From: Candidatus Saccharimonadales bacterium
GTDB taxonomy: Bacteria; Patescibacteriota; Saccharimonadia; Saccharimonadales; UBA4665
Length of the DNA stretch: 64,000 nucleotides
NCBI GenBank assembly: GCA_025450135.1
Contig: JANWHZ010000045.1
Span: 2,634-66,633 of the forward strand
Reading direction: 5' to 3'
The number at the start of each line of letters is the position of its first letter. Position 1 is the first letter of the stretch. This document shows positions 56,645 to 64,000 of the stretch, piece after piece. Below the pieces are notes generated by a model that searched no databases, was not told the DNA's origin, and saw nothing but the letters and a program-made list of their open reading frames with translations. The translations under genes were made by a program, and so were the position numbers.

Positions 56645-58609
56645 CTACATCCTAGCATTAATGTCGGTGATGATATCTCGCAGTTCAGCGGCTTGCTCAA
56701 ACTGCAGGTTAGCCGCCGCTAGTTCCATCTGAGACGTTAAGTCTTTAATGAGGTTGCCGTATTCATCCTTGGGGATCTTTTTTAAGTCAAGTTTGGCACG
56801 TTTTGCTTCTTCTGGTAGCTCAGGTTGCATACTGGCTTCAACTGCTTTACTGATACCCTTCGGCGTAATGTGGTGTTCATGGTTAAACTGCTTCTGATAC
56901 TCGCGGCGGGCTTCCGTCGTATCTATGGCACGCTTCATAGAATCCGTGATATGGTCAGCATACATAATGACATGGCCATCCATATGGCGCGCAGCACGGC
57001 CAACGGTCTGGATCAGTGCCTGCTCGCTGCGCAAAAAGCCCTCCTTATCGGCGTCAAGTATTGCGACAAGAGACACTTCCGGCAGGTCCAAACCTTCGCG
57101 CAACAGATTTATACCAACCAGCACGTCGTACACACCAAGACGTAAGTCCCGCAATATATCTGTGCGGTCAAGCGTGTCAACGTCGCTATGCAGATATGCA
57201 ACTTTGATGTTCAGCTCCTGCAAATACTCTGACAACTCTTCAGCCATGCGCTTAGTGAGTGTGGTTACTAAGACTCGGTGATGTTTGCCAGTCGTTGATC
57301 GAATTTCGGCAATCAAATCGTCAATTTGACCATCTATTGGCCGAACTTCAATTTGTGGATCGAGTAGCCCTGTTGGGCGGATAACCTGGCGAACTGGCTC
57401 AGGTGAATGCGACAGCTCATACTGCGCAGGCGTGGCAGAGACGTACACGACTTTATTCATATGCCGTTCAAACTCAGTAAACGTCAGCGGTCGGTTATCG
57501 AGAGCACTCGGCAGTCGAAAACCGTGTTCTACTAAGACTTCCTTGCGAGCTCGGTCGCCGTTGTACATGCCTCGAACTTGGGGGATTGTCATGTGTGATT
57601 CGTCGACGAACATAATAAAGTCATCAGGGAAGTAGTCAAGCAGCGTCGCCGGTTGCTCACCAGGTTCGCGATTTGTCAGGTACCGAGAGTAATTCTCGAT
57701 TCCTTTTACAAAGCCTGTCTCCTTGAGCATCTCAAGATCAAATCGCGTACGCTGCTCAAGCCGTTGTGCTTCAAGGAGCTTGCCTTGGCCTTTGAATTGA
57801 GCAAGACGGTCGGCTAACTCTTGCTCTATCTTGCCAAGCGCTAGTTGCAGCTTATCCTGTGGCGTCACGTAGTGCGAACTTGGGAAAACCTTGAGCTGCG
57901 ACGGTGCCGCCAGAATCTCCCCAGTCAGAGGATCAATTTTTGTGATTCGTTCGACTTCGTCGCCGAAGAATTCTACTCGGTATGCCAATTCCTCGCCAGC
58001 TGGAAAAATATCTACTACGTCACCATGCACACGGAAGGTACCGCGATGAAAGTCCATATCATTGCGTTGGTATTGGATGTCGGATAGCTGGCGCAGCAGT
58101 TTGTCGCGGATGCGACGTTCACCGGCAGTTACATCAATAGATAGGGCGTTATAGTCCGAAGGCGTGCCGATGCCATATATACAGCTAACGCTGGCTACGA
58201 TAATAGTGTCTCGGCGGGTAAGAAGCGCATCGGTGGCGGCATGACGTAGCCGGTCGATCTCTTCATTGATTTGTGAATCTTTTTCGATATACGTATCAGA
58301 CCGCGGCATATAGGCCTCTGGTTGGTAATAATCAAAGTAACTGACAAAGTAGTGAACTGCATTTTCTGGGAAAAAATTCTTAAACTCGTTATATAACTGA
58401 GCCGCTAGTGTCTTGTTATGGCTTAGAACGAGTGTCGGCTTCTGAACGTTATTAATAACATTGGCCATAGTAAACGTCTTGCCCGAGCCGGTTACCCCCA
58501 GCAATGTCTGTTCTTTGACACCTTGCTCTAAGCCATTGGTTAACTCAGCAATAGCTCCCGGCTGGTCACCCATGGGTCCAAACTCACTCTTTAGAATGAA
58601 CTTACTCAC
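56645..58609 (-). CDS. uvrB: Excinuclease ABC subunit B
   Basis: [10 protein letters not shown] Walker A, helicase motifs and a C-terminal UVR domain ([17 protein letters not shown]). Confidence 0.96.
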   Translation of the reverse strand: MSKFILKSEFGPMGDQPGAIAELTNGLEQGVKEQTLLGVTGSGKTFTMANVINNVQKPTLVLSHNKTLAAQLYNEFKNFFPENAVHYFVSYFDYYQPEAYMPRSDTYIEKDSQINEEIDRLRHAATDALLTRRDTIIVASVSCIYGIGTPSDYNALSIDVTAGERRIRDKLLRQLSDIQYQRNDMDFHRGTFRVHGDVVDIFPAGEELAYRVEFFGDEVERITKIDPLTGEILAAPSQLKVFPSSHYVTPQDKLQLALGKIEQELADRLAQFKGQGKLLEAQRLEQRTRFDLEMLKETGFVKGIENYSRYLTNREPGEQPATLLDYFPDDFIMFVDESHMTIPQVRGMYNGDRARKEVLVEHGFRLPSALDNRPLTFTEFERHMNKVVYVSATPAQYELSHSPEPVRQVIRPTGLLDPQIEVRPIDGQIDDLIAEIRSTTGKHHRVLVTTLTKRMAEELSEYLQELNIKVAYLHSDVDTLDRTDILRDLRLGVYDVLVGINLLREGLDLPEVSLVAILDADKEGFLRSEQALIQTVGRAARHMDGHVIMYADHITDSMKRAIDTTEARREYQKQFNHEHHITPKGISKAVEASMQPELPEEAKRAKLDLKKIPKDEYGNLIKDLTSQMELAAANLQFEQAAELRDIITDINARM

Positions 58610-58658
58610 AAATCTATTGTATCAAGACCGCCGGGGACAGATAACCCTAGCTTATAAG

Positions 58659-59312
58659 CTAACCGGCACGTGGAGGTGGGCTCTCCATAGGATTGCGACG
58701 GAGATACCAGTGTTGATCATGTTTTAAGTCTTCTCGTACGTCAGCGTATTTCTTATCCAGTAAGCTAATGAGCTTGTGCACCAAGCGGGCCGGGTCACCG
58801 TCCATAATGACAATGTCACCATCAGGCAGATCCAAATCTTTCATGAGCAGCGGAATCCAATCGGCAGCGCCGTCCGAGCCGGTCAATACGCCACAAGGCT
58901 TGCGTGCCTCGATAGCCGACGTGAACTCGTGCAGGCTACCAAATCTGCCACCAACAGTAATCACTGCATCGCTCGATTGGACCAAATACAGATCACGACC
59001 GACATAGTTCATGCCAGTGAAGTTTATAAAGTCAAAAGCGTCGTACGGCAAACGGTACTTATGAATATGCTCACGCAGCGAGCTGGCCGGCGAGAATCCA
59101 ATACTAACACCGCCTTTGCGCTTAGCACCGTACGCAGCGTAATATGGTAGACCTACGGTTGCACCAGTAGTTAGAATATGACCCGCTTCTGCGATTGTCT
59201 CACCTAGGATGCGCGCCTTGTCTTGGTCTTCATCGACAGTAATACCCGCAGCTGCACCAGAGACGCAAATAGCATAACGGATTTGTTTCAGGTCTTTAAT
59301 ATCGCTTGGCAT
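58659..59312 (-). CDS. LOG/TIGR00725-like (SLOG superfamily) Rossmann protein
   Basis: GGRFGSLHEF matches the GGxGT/SxxE motif of the LOG/lysine-decarboxylase-like family. An N-terminal glycine-rich VSGAAAG is present. 217 aa. Confidence 0.65.
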   Translation of the reverse strand: MPSDIKDLKQIRYAICVSGAAAGITVDEDQDKARILGETIAEAGHILTTGATVGLPYYAAYGAKRKGGVSIGFSPASSLREHIHKYRLPYDAFDFINFTGMNYVGRDLYLVQSSDAVITVGGRFGSLHEFTSAIEARKPCGVLTGSDGAADWIPLLMKDLDLPDGDIVIMDGDPARLVHKLISLLDKKYADVREDLKHDQHWYLRRNPMESPPPRAG

Positions 59313-59368
59313 GTTGGTTTGTTCGTGTTACTTATACTCTATATTACTTGTGCTGACCCGGCAAGATG

Positions 59369-60622
59369 CTACTCAACCATCTCGTAGCCGTCATCCTTGC
59401 TCGGCTCGGGATTTAATTTTGACTCCAAGCTGCTAACCACCGCTTCTTCTACACTCTCGTGCTTAAGGTAACGGATAACCAGTTCTCCCCACAAGCTACG
59501 ACGAAAGTACTGTACGATCCGATCTTTGTAGGGTAATTGATTACAGTAATTTAGCGCTGCATCGATGACATTTAATGATACTGGCTTCTGGCTGGTATGT
59601 AGGCCAAGTGTTGACGTATGATGCCAGAAGCTAAGCCCCGGAGATATATGCGCAAGTGCCTTTTCAACCGAATGCCAGCTGAGATCTTCTTTCTGGATAT
59701 GCGGCTCAAATATATCTTCGCGAAAACGATCGGCAAAGCGGGCGTAGTAGCGTTGGATAGTGTTCCACTCTACCGAACCATCAAGCACGTCAGCTGGTAA
59801 GGCGGGCTCGCCTGCTACAACCGTCTGAAGAAGTTGACCAAAATCCGGTCGTACTTGGCAGAGTTTCAGGAAGGTACTACTTGCACGCACCTCATTCATA
59901 TTATGCAGCGCCATCAATAACGCGGTCATGGTGGCCGCTGGGGGTACATTGGACGGAAATGGCAAGATAACTACGGCACCAAATTCTTTGAGCGCTACGA
60001 CATTATGCTTCTTCTGCATTACGATCGACTCTGCCTGGGCCTGCCAATGTTTAGAATGTGGCGTAAGCACAACGAATGGGCGGATTTCGAAATCTGCCGC
60101 GGTGAGCTTCTTATAGCTGTCGGCCATTGCCTTGCGCCAACTGGCTGACTCGAGCAACCAAGCAGCAGCATAGACAGTGAGAAGCTGCTCGCGACGCAGC
60201 ATCGACTCGAACGATCTATATCCAAGCGCTTTCATCGTCTGCTTGGGGGTCAGCTTTGCCAGCAATCTTCTACCAACCGCTGTTTTGAGTGCGAAGCAAC
60301 TCTTATAGACTGGCAGGTCATTGATGGCCTTACCAACATTAATATGAATTGCAGCAGCCGTGCCATAAGTCTGTGCCAACTGTTTGGCCAGACGAACATC
60401 GTCCTCTTTAACCCGTGCCTGCAAGGCAGCGTACAGCTCCTCACCAGAGGTGTCGTGGGGATCAAGACCGAGCTCCTGTAGCTTCAGTTGCGTGGCGCGT
60501 TCGACCTCAGTGCTAAGACGGATGTCGGCATTTGTATGCCCGCTTGCCGATTCGAGGCGCTGAAGCCCTTGATGAAAGGACGGCTCGCGTGCCCCCAATA
60601 ACTCTGATAATGCCCTCGTCAT
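59369..60622 (-). CDS. Hypothetical protein, 417 aa, no recognised domain
   Basis: Long uninterrupted ORF, apparently helix-rich, with no TM segment. 56 nt upstream of the LOG-like gene on the same strand. Confidence 0.6.
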   Translation of the reverse strand: MTRALSELLGAREPSFHQGLQRLESASGHTNADIRLSTEVERATQLKLQELGLDPHDTSGEELYAALQARVKEDDVRLAKQLAQTYGTAAAIHINVGKAINDLPVYKSCFALKTAVGRRLLAKLTPKQTMKALGYRSFESMLRREQLLTVYAAAWLLESASWRKAMADSYKKLTAADFEIRPFVVLTPHSKHWQAQAESIVMQKKHNVVALKEFGAVVILPFPSNVPPAATMTALLMALHNMNEVRASSTFLKLCQVRPDFGQLLQTVVAGEPALPADVLDGSVEWNTIQRYYARFADRFREDIFEPHIQKEDLSWHSVEKALAHISPGLSFWHHTSTLGLHTSQKPVSLNVIDAALNYCNQLPYKDRIVQYFRRSLWGELVIRYLKHESVEEAVVSSLESKLNPEPSKDDGYEMVE

Positions 60623-60686
60623 CTACTTTTGATCTTACCACAAGCGGGTTAAAAATGATCGACTGTATATATACGGTTTGTTGTAA

Positions 60687-62237
60687 ATGTCAGCGACCAT
60701 TCAGCTAACTAGAATATGCTACGCTATCGACATGGCTCGATCGACTCAGCAGCCTCGCCTACAGCGGTATGCAGACAAGTTTACCGCTTTCCTGGCAAGC
60801 CCACGCTGTTTCTACATTGTTGTTATTATCTTCGCGGTGCAAGCACTTTGGTTCGCGGTTACTGCACGTTATCCAATGGCATTCGATGAGGACTTTCACT
60901 TCGGCTTGATACGCCTACATGCACAGCAGTGGCTACCCTTCTTTACCTCTCAGCCCCCCCATGCCGAGCAGTTTGGCGCCGTCGCACGCGATCCGTCTTA
61001 CCTATACCACTACCTAATGAGTATCCCCTACCGCGGCATCGCAGCAGTGACCAGCAACACAGCTGCTCAGATCATCGTGCTACGGTTTATTAATATTGGG
61101 CTTGCCGTTTGGAGTTTATTCTTAAGCCGAAAGTTGCTTACACGCCTTGGTGGCGGTTCAGCACTTATTAATAGCACCATGCTGTTATTCGTGTTGATTC
61201 CGATCGTGCCTTTCTTGGCAGCACACATTAACTATGACAATCTGTTTATCCTCTTAACACTCGGCTCAATTTTGGCCACTTTTGATTGGCTCGACCTCGT
61301 TGCACAGTATAAGATCTCCGGCATTCGCACCGCGCTGCTGCTCTGTATGCTACTGTTGACGGGGCTCGTTAAATATGCCTTTTTGCCCATTGCCGCCGTT
61401 TTGGGTGCAGTCATGTTATGGAAACTGTGGTGCTTCCGCACACAACGAACCGCTTTGGTATCAAGCTTGGCGACAAGTATTACAACCGCACACGGATGGC
61501 AACTGATAGGCGTCGGCGTTATTCTTTTAATCAGCGTTGGATTATTTACAGAACGCTACGGAGTAAACACAATTCGGTACCATAGCCCAAATCCCGACTG
61601 CAGCCAGATACTTTCGGTGCAGTCTTGCTTGCACTACGGACCATGGGCGCGAGATTACCAGTATGCGCTGATCAAACCGGCCGATGTCGAGCCAAACAAG
61701 ATCAGCTATGCCTGGGAATGGATGTACGGAATGTGGCTAAGAAGTTTCTTTGCCATCAGCGACACCTATGATACACAGCCTCCCTTGCCAGTCCCTAGCG
61801 GGACAGTCATTGTCATTGGTGCAGCAGGTCTAGTGACATTTGCCTACTTTGCAAGGAAACTGCTCAAGGGTAACATCTATCGCCAGACTGTTGTCCTTGT
61901 ACTATTGCTATACATCGGCGCGCTTTTTGTTCAGACGTTTCAAACGTACCTCAAGACAAACCAACCTGTTGCTATTAACGGGCGGTATCTCTTACCCTTC
62001 CTACCTGTCATTATCATGCTTGTCGGTCTTGCCTACAGCCGGCTCTGGCGTCATAAACCCATGGTCAAAGTGATGGCCATTAGCGTAGTGCTCATACTCT
62101 TTATCCAAGGGGGCGGCGTGCTGACCTTTATTCTCCGCAGTAACGATACATGGTATTGGCCGAACAACACGGTCGTGACAATTAACCACACAATTCGCGA
62201 AACTTTGAAGCCCTTTATTATTGGCGCTCGGCTGTAA
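60687..62237 (+). CDS. Polytopic membrane protein, GT-C-like glycosyltransferase (PMT/ArnT-like)
   Basis: About 12 hydrophobic segments. YPMAFDEDFHF follows the first TM, resembling the first-loop acidic motif of GT-C enzymes. An alternative start is ATG 60732 (MARSTQQ). Confidence 0.6.
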   Translation: MSATIQLTRICYAIDMARSTQQPRLQRYADKFTAFLASPRCFYIVVIIFAVQALWFAVTARYPMAFDEDFHFGLIRLHAQQWLPFFTSQPPHAEQFGAVARDPSYLYHYLMSIPYRGIAAVTSNTAAQIIVLRFINIGLAVWSLFLSRKLLTRLGGGSALINSTMLLFVLIPIVPFLAAHINYDNLFILLTLGSILATFDWLDLVAQYKISGIRTALLLCMLLLTGLVKYAFLPIAAVLGAVMLWKLWCFRTQRTALVSSLATSITTAHGWQLIGVGVILLISVGLFTERYGVNTIRYHSPNPDCSQILSVQSCLHYGPWARDYQYALIKPADVEPNKISYAWEWMYGMWLRSFFAISDTYDTQPPLPVPSGTVIVIGAAGLVTFAYFARKLLKGNIYRQTVVLVLLLYIGALFVQTFQTYLKTNQPVAINGRYLLPFLPVIIMLVGLAYSRLWRHKPMVKVMAISVVLILFIQGGGVLTFILRSNDTWYWPNNTVVTINHTIRETLKPFIIGARL

Positions 62238-62280
62238 TCACTGGTCTAGGGTAAGAGAAACTTAAGCTGCGATTATAATT

Positions 62281-63300
62281 CTAAAATGACTCAGTATGAT
62301 ACCATTCAGGAGCTTTCTTTAGATACTCTTCGAGCTCATGCTCATTGAGAAGCCCAGCCTGACCACCGACTTTTTGAACCTTAGCCATGGCATTAATAGG
62401 CGCCCACTGTAATGCGCCTTCGATAGTATTGCCTTTGATTAAGGCTGCCACAAACGTACTCGCAAACGCGTCACCAGCGCCTGTTCGCTCATACGGCGGA
62501 GCGACATCAGGGTAAATTGGCATCTTGAATCGGGTTTGGCCGTTAGAAGCGTAGGCGCCAGCAGGCCCGTCGGTGACCACTACTATCTTTGGCCCTAACG
62601 CATGAAGATGGTTAATGAGGTCATGCATATCGCCATGGTTACCGCCGCCGACCGTAACGGCTTCTTCACGATTCAGAATGAGGACCTCTGTCCGTTGATA
62701 AATGCGCTTGAGTCGTTCGACGCCTACTTCCATCTGAAAAGTGCCCGGTTGAAATGCCAGCTTAACATCTGGGTGCTCATCAAGCCAGTCCGACACATCG
62801 TCGTGATATGGGATGGCGTGTTGGCTAATGGAGCTAAAGTACATCCACTTCGGAACTTCATTCGGCCGGAAATGTGGCCAGTGATAATCATATTCTTCGT
62901 GCTTGATAAGAATAGTGCGTTCTTCTTTGTACCAGAGTACGAAATGGTAATTGCTTATCTTGCCTGGATTAATGCGTACAAATCTCGTATCAACCCCGTT
63001 TTTGCCGAGGGACGAGATTATTTCTCTCCCATATTTGTCATCGCCAACATTTGTGACAAACGCACTACGCAGCCCGAGACGCGCAAATGACACCGATGAA
63101 TTGCCGGCATTGCCTACACCTGGAATAACCTCGCGATGATCAAATGGTAGCTTTGTACCAAATTCCATGGCAAGAATTCGTTTGCCTTGTTCGTCAGTGT
63201 ATGTAAACGCCTGATTATCGAGTAACTTAATAAAGTCGTCGGTAACCACGTCACCGACATTCAGAACATCTATTTGTTTCAGCCCACCGTTGTCAGACAT
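62281..63300 (-). CDS. PfkB-family carbohydrate/nucleoside kinase
   Basis: C-terminal TGAGDAF anion-hole motif and N-terminal GVGNAGN. 339 aa. Confidence 0.88.
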   Translation of the reverse strand: MSDNGGLKQIDVLNVGDVVTDDFIKLLDNQAFTYTDEQGKRILAMEFGTKLPFDHREVIPGVGNAGNSSVSFARLGLRSAFVTNVGDDKYGREIISSLGKNGVDTRFVRINPGKISNYHFVLWYKEERTILIKHEEYDYHWPHFRPNEVPKWMYFSSISQHAIPYHDDVSDWLDEHPDVKLAFQPGTFQMEVGVERLKRIYQRTEVLILNREEAVTVGGGNHGDMHDLINHLHALGPKIVVVTDGPAGAYASNGQTRFKMPIYPDVAPPYERTGAGDAFASTFVAALIKGNTIEGALQWAPINAMAKVQKVGGQAGLLNEHELEEYLKKAPEWYHTESF

Positions 63301-63359
63301 ATTCGTTTATTTTTTTCCTACTGTTGTTGTATCAAATTTCAGCGTCTGGCGCAAACTGC

Positions 63360-64000
63360 TTATGCTACCGCTCTGCCTGCGGAGTTAAAATCATCAATCT
63401 TTTGCTCTACTACCTTCTGCACCGCCGCAATGACCTCCTTGCTTATAAGCTTAGCCACTGAATATTCTTCAGGATGTTCACGCAGCACCTTTTCAAGCGT
63501 CTCACGATAGGCGACGCGCATGTCAGAGTTGATATTTATCTTGGTAATACCGATCTGAACAGCACTGACAAAGTAGTGTCCGGGCGTCCCGCTACCTCCA
63601 TGAAGCGAAATATTGCAGTCGATGGCGGCACGGATCTGGCCTAGCAGATCAAGGTCAAGCTTCTTAGGTACAGGATATTTGCCGTGTAAATTGCCAATGG
63701 CAGCTGCGAATGTGTCGATGTCTGTCGCCTCGACAAAATGCCGCGCCCCGTCTGGAGTGCTAAACGTCTTCTTGATCGCTTCGTAGTCTATCTTCTCGGT
63801 ATGCAAGTTACTGGAGCCACCGAAGTAGTGTGGCTCGCTCTCGACCATCGCACCAGTGAACTTGGCGTATGCAACCACTTCTTTGGTAGCGGCGATGATG
63901 TCCTCGTCCGTTGCATCATGGTTAGCCTGCGAAACATCGATATGGATAAACTCAAATCCTGCGTCAATCCCTTTTTTAGCGTCCTCGACTGACGGCGAGT
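63360..64000 (-). CDS. fba: Class II fructose-bisphosphate aldolase, C-terminal part (gene runs off the right edge)
   Basis: ...IHIDVSQ...FAAAIGNLHGKY...SLHGGSG.... The frame stays open from 63878 to the window edge (SPSVEDAKKGIDAGFEFIHID...), so the track's GTG start is internal. Confidence 0.9.
   Translation of the reverse strand, partial: SPSVEDAKKGIDAGFEFIHIDVSQANHDATDEDIIAATKEVVAYAKFTGAMVESEPHYFGGSSNLHTEKIDYEAIKKTFSTPDGARHFVEATDIDTFAAAIGNLHGKYPVPKKLDLDLLGQIRAAIDCNISLHGGSGTPGHYFVSAVQIGITKININSDMRVAYRETLEKVLREHPEEYSVAKLISKEVIAAVQKVVEQKIDDFNSAGRAVA

Noticed and set aside
1-64000. Search for CRISPR arrays, transposases, integrases, phage genes, rRNA genes and long direct or inverted repeats
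   Set aside because: I saw no repeat-spacer periodicity and no ORF with transposase, integrase or phage hallmarks. The only recurring motif I could confirm is the CIRCE operator (three copies).

Overview
Gene-dense, mostly housekeeping chromosomal segment: about 50 protein genes and one tRNA. I saw no rRNA, CRISPR array, transposase, integrase or phage genes. Most genes are on the minus strand, with many 1-8 nt start/stop overlaps and several convergent 3' overlaps, so the genome looks compact. The code is standard (TGA, TAG and TAA all end clearly recognisable genes). Content, left to right: str operon plus rpoBC (tuf partial, fusA, rpsG, rpsL, rpoC, rpoB), clpP, tig, hisS operon, tRNA-Leu, gatD-murT, recG, tyrS, class A PBP, radA-clpC, grpE-hrcA, nusA, pepN, rnhB, rplS, two paralogous ATP-grasp ligases, an orphan PilB-like ATPase, SpoU methyltransferase, CAP-domain protein, dnaE, ytxH/DUF948, galU, gatC-gatA-X-gatB, uvrB, LOG-like protein, GT-C-like membrane protein, PfkB kinase, fba (partial). 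A Gram-positive-type wall toolkit (MurT/GatD, PBP1A), a lone pilB and many orphan small proteins suggest a reduced-genome lineage such as Candidatus Saccharibacteria/CPR. That is inference only and was not checked. Main non-housekeeping signals: (1) three CIRCE (HrcA) operators, each with a -35 box inside the N9 spacer, in front of clpP, clpC-radA and hrcA-grpE; (2) a tandem pair of unassigned ATP-grasp ligases with their own promoter and a terminator-containing ~260-nt leader; (3) two orphan ORFs inserted in the str operon between rpsG and fusA; (4) a membrane-anchored protein with an RNxxxH (HEPN-like) motif translationally coupled inside gatCAB; (5) terminator-containing leaders with short cognate-codon ORFs upstream of the hisS operon and tyrS; (6) an 18-bp perfect palindrome filling the spacer of the putative dnaE promoter; (7) repeated -10-box-then-ATG geometry implying leaderless mRNAs. 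No database or structure search was possible, so every functional call rests on motifs read by eye.
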